NCBI GenBank assembly: GCA_965233585.1
Contig: CBDDTI010000451.1
Coordinates: 1 to 20,936 of the forward strand
Length of the DNA stretch: 20,936 bases
Source of the DNA: a bacterium
Lineage (GTDB): Bacteria; SAR324; NAC60-12
Direction of reading: 5' to 3'
Shown here: positions 9,990-20,936 of the stretch, piece after piece
Layout of the letters: each line of letters opens with the position of its first letter
Numbering within the stretch: position 1 is the first letter of the stretch
Program-made: the position numbers and the translations under genes
The notes under the pieces: model-generated
The model's input: the letters and a program-made list of their open reading frames with translations, nothing else
The model's database searches: none
Told to the model about the DNA's origin: nothing

Positions 9990-11990
9990 ATGCTACATCC
10001 TGAATTTTCCCTTATCCAAAAAACCGCGGGAGTGGTGGCTGGCGCTTTGTCTCCACCTCCTTGGGAACCCTTCTAGCAATTCAAAAAAGCATCCTGTGTC
10101 CCAATTGGAGTAAAATTCAAACGCTGTGTCAGTGAAGTTGAAACAAAAGCCTGTAAAATCGGAAAAATAATTTATTTTGTTATTTCCATGGAAAGTTATT
10201 GTTTTTTGTGGAGTCGGTTGCGGTCGCAAGAAATGGCTCTGTCAGTTTATTCCCACTCGTTTTTGAATATTTTAAAATGCTTGAAAAAGGATCCTTTTGG
10301 AACAAACCCTCAACTAAAACAAATAAAAATCAAAAATTTTGCAATGCAGCTAATTGGCAGAAATGGTAATGGAATTCCTAGGTGACATTAGAAGAAATTG
10401 ATAAGACAGACGCAAAATATTATTGAACCACCAGAGACAGAAAAGACATACAGAAAAATATTTCAGACACCAACACAAAAGAAAACACAAGCACAACACG
10501 AAGCCACAAATGTTACCCACAAGCTTATTTGATTACATGACGTGGTGACTTTTATTCAGCTGCTTTTTAGCCAGCACTTTTTTTCGGTGCCCAGAAACAA
10601 CATTTCTCGCTTATTTTGTGGTGAACATTCTTTTTTTCTTTTCCGTTGAATACGCATCGTCCCCTGGCTTCGCTGGTTCAATGTTTTCAAGACGCGCTTC
10701 CATCCTCGGTATGCCTACCCGTCTGGAAACCAAAAAACGTTTTCCTAAAGGAATTGGACGGAAAACATCTTAGTTTCAAACCCAGCAAAACCGAAGACCC
10801 GAAACACGGCAATGATTTCTGACTAGGAACGATTTTTTTCGATTCATCAGAAATAATTATATTTTAGTCGACGCTGAAAAAGCCGCAATGCGGCATTTGC
10901 AGCAAACAAGAAAAACAAATGTCGTGTTTTCTTGTGCGTAGATATTACTCTGCATGAACTAGAGGAAGTGAATGATCGAAAGATTTTCTTTGCAGTTGTA
11001 ATCGTGGTGCGAGCACACACTGTGGTGTAATTTATTGACTTTAGACCAAAAAAAGCAAAGTAGTTTGTTGTAGTGTGCCCGACTAATTTTTGTTGCATTG
11101 AGGTCTTGCAAGTGTGGGTTTAGATATTTTTGGTCACGACAAAAACAGTGTCCATGTGAGCAATTTGTTTAAAGGCAACACGGAGTCAGTCACAAACCAA
11201 AAGTCAACGCAAGGAAAAAAATGAATTCGTAGTAAAAAAAATTAAATTCCTGAAGGAGATCTTTATTTTTTTTTCTCTTGCCATTTTCGAAGTTATTGGA
11301 TTGTGAAAATATAAATTAAAGAATTGGAACCACACTGCAAACATAACTGCGACTTCAACTTCACCACAGGAATTACACAACATTTTACAACCACAACCTA
11401 CAACAAGGACCCCTCTACAACGTTATCAGTAGCAGTGCAGGAGTCTTTTCAACAGGAAACCTCGTGGAAACGTTGGCTTTCTTGCACTTGTGAATGGCAA
11501 CGCGGATTCAATTTTTGTCTGCAAGAAGAGTGGTTTTTTGACCAAAAATTCTTCAAATATGTTTATTTTCTCTTGACATCACTTCAGGGTGTTCATGGAT
11601 TACCATCAGGCCTTTCATTTTGCCATTGAACATTTGTACATAGATTGGTTTTTCCATTTATAAAAGGTCGATCGACATTTTTTTTCAGGCAACGTGCAAA
11701 AAGGGTATATCCCTTTTTTTCTTCTGGATTCCTGCTCTAATCAACACCACAGGAATGGTTGCCACAGGAAATGGTCTGCAGCAGAAAGTCTTTGCTGAAA
11801 CTTGCTGTATCATTGACCAACAATGTCAAAAATAGTTTCCATGGTACAGTACCAAAAAGCAAAGGAAATTCTGAGGCCGCAACCGATTGATGTGACATTC
11901 TGTGATACGCAAATGTTTTCAACTTGGCAGGGAAACTTGAATCTTCCACATGGTTGAAGTGCATATTGGAATGAATTATTATCAATAAAA
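9990..11990 (-). pseudogene. Degenerate coding relic, possibly a Mutator-like (MULE) DDE transposase, broken by stops and frameshifts
   Basis: A higher-complexity island inside AT-rich DNA with minus-strand protein-like fragments: GYTLFARCLKK…LMVIHEH (possible Zn-binding N-terminal part), QKLVGHTTTNYFAFFGL…RTTI…RSFTSS…FFLFAANAAL, and FYSNWDTGCFFELLEGFP…QSASHH. The order is compatible with a MULE, but catalytic residues cannot be identified with certainty. Confidence 0.35.
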
Positions 11991-12849
11991 TTTTTTGAAA
12001 AAAAATTCGACTTTCGGTGCGACAATTGTCAGACGTCCAAAATTCCTGGATGTGTGTCCGGTGCAGCTAGGTGGCCTGATTAGTTAGTTACTGGGAAAGA
12101 ATGGGCAAATCAAAATACGCATGGAAATCTGGGCAATTCATTTGGGCAATTTCAAACCACACCCATCAGGCCAATACAAACAGTGTTTGTTTCCAAACAG
12201 AGCTGAAAAAAATTAGCTCGTTGCTGAAAAGGCTTGTGTGTCAACCAAATGCCATAGAAAGATTCGTATCCAAGAGCTTCGCTGTCTCAACGGCGAATGA
12301 AACATGATTCAACGCATTTCTGTGAATAATCGACGCAGGCGAATCCAAAAACTTAACCGAGGCGAATCATTCGTACAAAATGAACGATTTTTCATTCTTT
12401 AATCCATTGTACGTAGTTGATTGGGAGCAAGCTTTTCCGTATCCAGGAGGCACAGCGATACACATCCAGTAAGGATGAAATTTCAATCCCTGACCCCTAA
12501 TGCCTGGAAAAAAAGAAAGTCCTTGTGCGCGACTTTATAAAGAATCAATATGTGCACCTTGGCAACTAGCCCGCTGCAATGTCTGTGTTTCATGTGCAAA
12601 GATTTGGAACAAAGTCAGAAAAGGGCCCAATTCAGAATATCATCTCCGGCAGGACATTTTACGTATTGAGAGTCTGCATGCTTTTTTTCACATGAAGAAA
12701 CCTGAAGCAAACCTTGTTCCTTCCCATCAGTTGCGACAAGATTTCCAATGTAAATTTCTTTTTAAATGGAAGGTAACAAGAAATTTGATCTGCGATTCGA
12801 ACGTATATATGTATGGGTTAAATTGATGGAAATATTTGTCAAGACATGG

Positions 12850-14330
12850 AAGATATCTAATTCTTCTTTAAAAAAAATAAATTTCCTATTTTTTTCTATA
12901 AATAAGGAACATTTGGAATTTATATAATTCAAGAATCATAAAACGACAATTTTTTTTTTTTGAAAAAGTAGAGGAATAAATATAATTTAAATATATATAT
13001 AAAACAAAAATTTATAAATAAATATTTTTTTTCAAATATAAATATTTAATATTATATTTTCAAAATACCAGGGCAAGATTTTCCAATCCCAATAATTTTG
13101 AAATAATTAGATATACCTCTATAAATATCGAATATATCGATAAAAAAATAATCAATTAAATAAATTTCAGAAAATTATTTTATTTTAAAATAATTCCAAT
13201 AAGGGTAAGTAAAATTTATATGCCGGAAAATTTCATAATATTTTTTTTAATTCAATAATTAAAAAATACATTATAATTAGGTTATATTTATAAAGTATTA
13301 TTTCGGTATATATATATATTTTTTAATATATTTTTTATTTAAAATTAAAATCAAAATAAAATATATAATAAATAATAAATAACATTTAATTTTTTTTAAA
13401 ACAATTATTTTTAATAATTAATATAAAATTATTTTTATTTAATTTTTATATTAAAATTATTTATTAATTTAATAAATTTTAATATATTATACGAAATAAT
13501 ACCTCGGTTAAGGACAAATTATATTTTATAATTTAAATCCATATATTTAATAATATATAATTTTTTTCTTTATAATTAAAAAATACATATATTATTTTGG
13601 AAAATAAATACCTTTATTCGACGTCAAAAAAAAGAAAATCCATTATAATTATTCCCAATATATTATAATTCCTATTCAAATAATTAGAAAAAAAGTAAAA
13701 TTAATAACCACAATCAAAAAAAAATCAAATAGTAAATATCATATTTACGAAAATTATTTCCTATAAATATAAAATTTCAAAAATTAATATATTTCGAAAA
13801 ATTAATAGCAAAAATTCGACCCAATAACATACAAGAAAAATGTTATTTAAAAGCAAGGATCAACCCCAAATACTTTAAAATAATTATTTTACTAATAAAA
13901 TAAACATTAACAAGCAAAAAACGGGCATTATTTCCAATTAACGATATTTCCATAACGATACTTCGGGTTACCTTAGAACCTTCGGGTAATCTTAAGGCCT
14001 TAAAGTCTCCTTTAATAAATTTTAGGATTATATAAATAGGATCTTAAATCGATTTACCGAGTTCTAAAAAAAAATCAAATTTATAATATAAAAATATTTT
14101 TTAATATTAAAAATATTATTTTATGTAATTCTAGGATAGTAATTTCAGCTAGGTTTCCATCCTTCCCTTTACTTCGTAAAATAAAATCAAAGTAGTAGTC
14201 CATCAGGAGCTATTTTTTTATAATATAATAAAAAACGAATTAAATAAATAAAAAAAAAAAATAAAAAAAATCATAAAAAACTAAAATATACGAAGAAAAA
14301 CTAGGATAAAGAAGTAAAAATAACTAAAAA
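12850..14330. other. Extremely AT-rich degenerate tract (eroded repeat DNA) with residual CpG-containing words
   Basis: Long A/T runs. CG words (tcga, acga, ttcgg, ccgg) survive while CA/TG are scarce. No ORF of 60 aa or more in the track. Confidence 0.85.
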
Positions 14331-14344
14331 ATTAAAAGGAACCT

Positions 14345-14525
14345 AAATAAACTGAGACAAGCAAAGATGAACAACCGAGAAGAGTTAAGAAGAGCTAAGA
14401 TAAGTTAAGAAAATGAGCTGAGGAAAAGATGACTTAAGTAAGATGAGCTGCTGCGATAAGCTAAGCAGGGGTCAAATAAGCTCTGAAGAATTAAGAAGCT
14501 GTGAGAAGAGCTGAGCTGAGCTGGT
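14345..14525 (+). repeat. Degenerate gagaagagct/gatgagctga 10-bp-period repeat
   Basis: gaga agagttaaga agagctaaga taagttaaga aaatgagctg… gagaagag ctgagctgag ctgg seen directly. Confidence 0.75.
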
Positions 14526-14627
14526 TAAGGTCCTATAGAAAGAGCACAATCCTTTCTGATATTCCTTTTAGAGAGAGCAATCCTTTCTGATATGTTATTT
14601 TTTGATGATTCATTAACTTTAATTTAA

Positions 14628-17600
14628 TTATAAACCAGTATCTTCGGCCTTTGCGCAAGTTGATTTGTCACATTCAAGTTGCCAAACCGAAATACAATTT
14701 CATGCAAGCCAATGCAAAGGTTACCATCCACATCAGCATGGGGCACTGCAGCGATCTGAAGCTGATGGCAAGCATAAATGAGCAACATCTAGGCTCCTGA
14801 CCGCTTCGCCCAACCTTTCACTAATCCACACCAATAAGCACATGTTTAAAAGCAAACAGAGACACGTGAGATTGACGCGTTGAACGGACAATTTCTATGC
14901 GGCCAAATCAAGAAGCGCTCTTGCTGAATCGCCAAGAACGATGTGAAAACCACGAGAAGAAACACTCCTCACATCTCCTCACTGGAAGAGTGACATGCGG
15001 TGACATGTGCCCTTGCCTTTGCAGAGCCGCATCGCGGTCCAAGCCGTCTAACAAGGCAGGAAGTAGAACTGCAGACACCTGGCGCTTCCAAACAAATTAA
15101 GCACCTGAAACGTGACACTCTGCAACACCATGTTCAATCTGTGCAAATTGGCAAACTGAAGTGGAAAAATAGCAAGCTTTCAACAAGAAACTTTCAAAAC
15201 GTTGAAACCATTACCCACTGAGCATCGCACGTAGAGCGCTACACCAATGCCTGTGATCAATGGAAGAGTGGCCTGGCGAATCTGCAGGAAGCTGTGAATC
15301 CTTCGAGGCTAGGAATGCCACGGTGCACGGTGCCCACGGTTCCCCATGGCCTCGTAACTGGCGCCGCCCGCCAGCTCCACGGCCAGGACGACTGAGGTGA
15401 TGGGCACCTGAGCCGATGCCCTGTTGGTCACAAATTGGACTTTTGATGAAACGTGTTTAGGATTGTTTAATATTGTTTAGTATTGTTTAGTATTGTTTAA
15501 TATTGTTTAATATTGTTTAGTTGTTTTGGTTGAGAAATTGATATGTGTTTAATTGATGTTTTCAATTCTGTCTAGTCATGGTTTGTATCAAGTGCTTTCT
15601 TCAGTGTAAAATGCGAAAATCCGTCGTTTAGTGAGGCCGAAAGCAACTCAGTCGCCCGCACTACAGTTCGCAGCCAGCATAGATGCCATGCCAACAACAA
15701 TATAAGTTGTGGCTGCCTGTGAAAGCTGTGCCCCAGACCACAGGACCATCATGGACCATCCAAAACGTCGAGGATTTCATTCTCCAATCACAATGCAGGA
15801 GTTTTTAACAGATGGGCTGCGAGGCAATCCGCTTTCGCCAAGTTGCCGAGTGGGCGATGGCAGCCCCCTGAAGTCGACAGCTCGCGACTCACCAAGGCTC
15901 AACGTCCCCAACTTGCATGTGGCCACATGTCAGGACAGTGCCCCAAAACAGTTTCCTTTTGTCAGGTGAGCCCTGCTTTATTTCACTGAACTTTTATGCA
16001 AGAATTTCCACTTTGGAACAAGATGAACAAGACTTCAACATCGCCAATTCGTTGCCTCTATCATGCGACCCAGCGCGCCACCAAGGCAGGCTCCGATGTA
16101 AATGGACGGAGCGAAGGTTCCTGTCATCGATCCAATCTCTTCTGTTTACTGTCGGATTCTCTGGCAGCCAAGTTCGGCTGGTGGACATGCGGCTGGTGAG
16201 CTGGCTTGAGTGGAAATGAATCAATGGAAACGAATTAGCCTGCCTCCAACTAGACCACTGACTGAAGAGAAGGCAGTGGAAAAAATCTTGAGCACCTTGA
16301 GTGACTGGAAACCAGATGGATAACACATAATAAAACATGATAAAACTACAATGCTGAACCCGATTGGGAGCCCAAGCCATTAGGGCCAGCAGCGGCGCTG
16401 CACCGAAGAGGCCAATGGAGCCACGGTTCTGGCGGTGCAGCACCAGAGCACCAAATCTGCAAATAAAATCACAAAAATTCTCATGTTTCTCATCCAATCC
16501 TGCAGCTTGACGAACTCACCGATTCTTCCGGCCATGGGCCATTGGCCATCTTACTTCACCTTGTTCCTTTGTACTTCCCTAATCACTTCCATTCTTATCC
16601 TGCCTCGATCAACGGTGCTAGCGACAGGTTGGATGCTGCTTCACCCAATGGCTCAGAGGCATCGCGCAGCACCTCATTCACTGCCTTGGCGATGCAACGT
16701 CTTAAGGGTCAGGAAAGACCTAGAGACACGTGGGAAACACACGGGCTTGAGCTGCAAAAAAAATCATTATTCAATTTCATGGAAAATGAACCTTTTGCCA
16801 AACATCTTCTTATCCATTTCCAGGGTCAATCTGCTTGTATTGGACATGTTCCTCAATTAGGTGCCATGAAACTGGAGGTTTCGCTTAGGAGATCTGATCA
16901 TCTTCATCATCTTCTAATCAACACCTGCTGTTTTAGGGTCAACAACTTGCCTTGGCTCCCAAACGCCGAAGCCATCGAACTGGACACGGGCGCGCGTGAG
17001 CAAAGAGATGAGGACCGTCACGAGCGCACCTGCCTCAGTGCAGGTGACACACGGTGATTGATCCGACCGATCCAAGTGATCCAACCTGCTTTGCATTGTG
17101 AGGTTGTACCAGGTTGACTCTTTGATGTCCTCATACAGCAAAAACATAACACGTTTTTTTTCCAGAAATCACACTTGGACATGAGAAAAGGGCAAAAAGC
17201 CGCACTTTCCAAACACTTCAAATGCTGCTGTCACCTGGGAAATCTGGGCTCCGCACGATGGGTAGCCAAATGTTAGGTACTCCTTGATCTGTCACCCAGG
17301 TGATGATATCGCGGCTTGAAGCCACGATCTTCTTGTAGCCATAGGCAATCATTCCTGGCTGGTGGTATCAGAGCTTTACTGTTTGAACAAATATGGCAGA
17401 TACCAAAAAATTGCAGTTGCCGAACGTTGTAATCTTATTTGAGGTGGGAAGCAGCGTTTTGGAAGACGTTTCGAGCTGCGGAAGTTCTTACAACTGAACT
17501 TCAAGCCTGTGAGGACACCCAAAACGATGAAGAAGAACAACTCCTTCCGAGGTTAACACAGAAACTACAGCCGTAGCCACAAAATCAAAGGTGTGAAGGG

Positions 17601-18410
17601 AGCTCGCGCAAGCTGTGCAAACATCTCAAGCTGGACAGTGACTAGCGTATAGCGTGACTAGTCCAAATGTTGCCTCACCTGAGGGCCCAGCGCCGTTCCC
17701 TCCGTCCCAGGAGAAGTTCGTGGTTTTGATGGCGGGGCCGCCCTTAGTCAAAATGGGACTTGGGCCATGTGGCCATGTGGCCATGCTGTTTTATGTTGAC
17801 TCCATGGCCTCTGGGTACCGCGCCGGTAGAAAGGATTGAACCACAGCAGCGCTCACTGCTGCTGCAAGCAGCCTGGACAGTTTATGAAACAAGCGTCATC
17901 AAGTGTCATGGTGGACAACCAAACTGCGTGGGTATGGTGATTTCGAGACAAAGCTGGGCAGAATGCTGCACCCTTATTGCCCATGATATCCATGGGGCTG
18001 GAAAACACCATTCAACTCCCATTGCTCCCGTTGCTTCATTTTCTCACCTTGTTGTGAGATCCAGGGAGTTGTCGTCACCTGGTCTAACGACCTGCACAGC
18101 GGTTGGACCTCACCAAGCTTTGCACTTACTCTCAGTGAGCCGATTACGATCCAATCTGCAGCAAGCCTATCATTTTTATATATTTTTGTTCATTTTTGAG
18201 GGCAACTCAACGAAATAGGGTCATTTGCCTGCTGGTGCCTTGCCTCTGAAGCAAAGAAAATACCCGCAATGGGTGCATTGAAACCTCAAACCGCCCAGGT
18301 CAACGACATCGGAGCTGCGGGAAATGCTATGCGAAATTCTCAGCTTCACACCTGCTGCAACGCCGGCAGCAGCGCCAGAGGCCAGAAGAGCATCTGGATT
18401 TTGATTTATC
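14628..18410 (-). CDS. CLC-family chloride channel/transporter, prokaryote-like (plant CLC-e/CLC-f type), helices G to Q; no CBS domains; helices A-F not found in the window
   Basis: Hand-spliced exons 18410-18352, 18284-18244, 18091-18048, 17872-17824, 17742-17692, 17543-17507, 17354-17257, 17033-16965, 16684-16604, 16428-16378, 16295-16244, 16120-16056, 15867-15847, 15716-15660, 15407-15351, 15272-15231, 15078-15017, 14814-14787, 14648-14628 join in frame. Motifs: LLASGAAAGVAAGFNAPIAGIFFASEVV, ELFFFIVLGVLTG, LKIFSTAFSSVSGLVGGTFAPSIYIGACLG, YIVVGMASMLAANCSVPITSVVLAVELAG, ATLPLI. The last two exons, 15867-15847 and the start of 16428-16378 are less certain. Confidence 0.9.
15454..15520 (+). 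repeat. 10-bp tandem repeat (tattgtttag/tattgtttaa) x ~7 in a CLC intron
   Basis: Seen directly. Confidence 0.9.
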
Positions 18411-19304
18411 CTCCGCCCCACAACTGTCTGCGATGAAGTCATGCAATGAAAGGAAGATGTTTGAACTGATTGAATAGCTCAAATAGCAGCTAACATTTAT
18501 ACTGGTTAGATATTTCCAACTGGAGTGCTTTTAAGGTGAAATAGAGCCGCGAATGTCAGGCAAAAACACAATGGTCACGCAGCGAGCACACTGGAGAAAT
18601 CAACGGAGACTTTCTCATCAATGAAATTATGAACTGTGAATGATGTAAATCAACAATTGATAATGATAATGAAACAAAACATAATCAACCATAATGCAAA
18701 CTGCATGTTTCAACAAAGGAAATGCGTAAAATAAACTGAACAAATAGACATCAATCATCAATTGCCAAAACAGCAAACTATACAACACCTTCAGAAAAAA
18801 ACACTGAACAGTAGGAAAACAGACAAGACACACCGAAAAATGCGGTGGAAGCAAATAGTTCGGACATCTAGGCAGTTTTTTTCTTGAGACATTTTGGCCT
18901 AAACCGCGAGAAGAAAAGGACAACTGCGGATTTTTTTGAAACGAAAGGAAAACACGAACACCGAGGACATAGTTACTTAGGTGTGCAAATCAGCAAACCC
19001 AATTCTCACGCGACAACTGTGACAAACAATCCAAATACCATGAATATTGCAATGCCGTTTTTCATCTTGGCATCATGCCCAGACCCACGAAAGCATCACA
19101 CTAGCAATGTCCGGCCAATAAAGAATTCAAACAATCCCCAGAACTTTTTGTTTCACTTATTTTCTTCACATCCTCATTTTCACCCTTTCTCCCCTATTTC
19201 CCGAGGTGTCTTTTTGAGTTTTTTTTAGCTGCGCCCCAAAAAAATGGGGAAAATCCGCCATTTTTTCGGAGACGGGAAAACCCCCACAGAACTGAGCTCT
19301 TCAC

Positions 19305-20785
19305 CTCGCCATGGATCCTTCGGATCGTCCACCGCAAGCCTCGAAGGAACACCGATCCACGCTGAGCAACACCGCGTCGGTGCGTGCCTGCGACATCAAC
19401 AGAAACCAAAAAAAACTTGGGATTTCGAAATTTGACTTTTTTGATCTTTAGCCAAAAGGGCAATTTAACCATCAAACATAGGAATTGTTCCAGTGCAGGT
19501 TATGTCAAAATGGGCGATAATGTATCAATTCATTGGCAACATGATGAAAAACCATTGGATCTTGAAGTGACCTATTTTCAAACAAACCCACATCTGGAAT
19601 GGAATGACTACCAACAAGGGAGAAGCATTGGGGTGCAGTTCCAGTTCTAAGTTGTTTATAGAACCATAGTTGTAGGGGTTAGACAATTATCTCCCATCTT
19701 ATGTCTGTTAGAATCCCATAGTGATAGCCATTTGCTTCACCCCCCACTTTTCTGACCTCGCTTTTCTTGCGAAATCCTGCAGGGATTCCTGGGATTCCTA
19801 TTTTCAACACTCAAAAAACCCATGGGACAACGGGATCGCCTTCACCGTGGCAGCTCGTGGTGCCCTGAACAGCACGGCCAACTCACCCACCACTTGACCA
19901 CTCTCCTCATAGGCGAAGACCTGCCATGGCAGCCATGGCACATCATGGCACCAAAAAAGGGAGTACCTTTATGGACCCAACGGTTTGGATTTCAGTCTTT
20001 AGATGTATTTCGTATCATCTTTGTATCTAAATTATTATCAAACATAATCTTTTTGGGATAAAAATTGTCTAAATGATTAAAGATCCATGTTTTTTTGCGG
20101 CAAATCTTGAGCCATTCCCAACTCAGAGCTGGGCGGATTCATCCAAGCCTTTTTCTCTTGGCCGCCATCTGGGACATAGACATCCAGCTCCCCAGTTTTC
20201 CTGTGGCACAATTTTTCCGGATTTCTGCTGCTTTTGACCATGTGATCTGAAATGGTTGCATCTCTAGTTTGATGATGTTTGATGTTTGATGTTTCTTTTA
20301 CATGTAAAATAAACATCCTGTTTGATGGAAATGATGTCTGAGTCACCAGGGTCACCCAACGCCATCCCGAGACGCCGGGGTTTTCTATGTCCAAGGCTCG
20401 TGACGAAGAGGCCTGGCTCATCATCTGCCACCTCGGCCGCGGCACCACATGGCATGTGCTGTACCACTAATGGCCTCGATAAATGCCCTGGCTCTTGAGA
20501 CTAATGATGAAGCATGATAAAGCTAATCAAGCTAATTATCACTGCTTTGACAGGTCACCGGTTGACATATGTTGACATCTTTATATGGGAAGTTGGAATT
20601 CAGTGAATTCAGCATGGAGGTGCATCTCCAGGAGTATATAACCAAGTAAGCTGCAAGGATCGAAATGACAACGATCCGTGGTCCAGAACCACCACATCAC
20701 CACAGCAATGAGTTGAATCTGCTCCACTTGTGGCACCCGCCTGATCTCCATGTTTCATCAAATTGTCGCCTGCCTTGATCCGAAC
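19305..20785 (-). CDS. Cyclic nucleotide-binding domain (CNBD, PKA-R/PKG-like) exons; gene start outside the window, 3' continuation unresolved
   Basis: Exons 20785-20741, 20431-20400, 20200-20149, 19920-19840 and 19387-19340 (or to 19305) splice in frame to VRIKAGDNLMKHGDQ VADDEPGLFVTKTGELDVYVPDGGQEKK VFAYEESGQVVGELAVLFRAPRAATVK ARTDAVLLSVDRCSFE. This has an intact phosphate-binding cassette (GELA…PRAATV). A further exon near 20890-20936 is possible. Confidence 0.88.
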
Positions 20786-20936
20786 CTACCACTGCGGCAC
20801 ACCGGCAAAATCTTGTTTTTTTTTGCACTGTAAAAGCGACACTTTTTCTGCTTGGCTTCATAATGCTTCTAACCCGAAAGAATATGAACCATGGCCCCCA
20901 TGGCGGAGTATCTTTGTATCATCCCTGAGGACAAAT

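Noticed and set aside
9900..10130. KDZ-transposase-like words (GILVVVGNCGII on -, GGWRFVST on +)
   Set aside because: Short isolated resemblances on opposite strands with no supporting neighbouring motifs.
16435..17057. Longest + strand ORFs (141 and 171 aa)
   Set aside because: Antisense to CLC exons and introns, with no recognisable motif.
20474..20740. Candidate extra exons (AFIE; RVPQVEQIQLIAV; IVVISILAAYL) on the minus strand
   Set aside because: The CNBD reads continuously from exon 20785-20741 to 20431-20400 without them, and the hydrophobic segment lacks a usable AG acceptor.

Overview
Eukaryotic genomic DNA, very probably from a dinoflagellate (Symbiodiniaceae-like), judged from short exons, GT/GC/GA donors and AG|G acceptors. 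Almost none of the supplied six-frame ORFs are real genes; I rebuilt the coding sequences exon by exon by hand. The + strand (144-4670) carries the 3' half of a USP5/USP13/UBP14-type deubiquitinase (two UBA domains, His box). The - strand carries a CLC-e/f-like chloride channel lacking CBS domains (18410-14628). Directly upstream of it are exons for a cyclic-nucleotide-binding domain (20785-19305) that can be spliced in frame to the CLC. The two genes converge on a ~10 kb gene-free, very AT-rich zone (4700-14600) of nested repeats: a ~0.8 kb-arm inverted duplication around a TIR element, a minisatellite element and a possible MULE transposase relic. Comparing the two arms shows one-directional C>T/G>A change at CpA/CpT while CpG is spared. 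This RIP-like hypermutation at a convergent-transcription boundary and the possible CNBD-CLC fusion are the most interesting signals.
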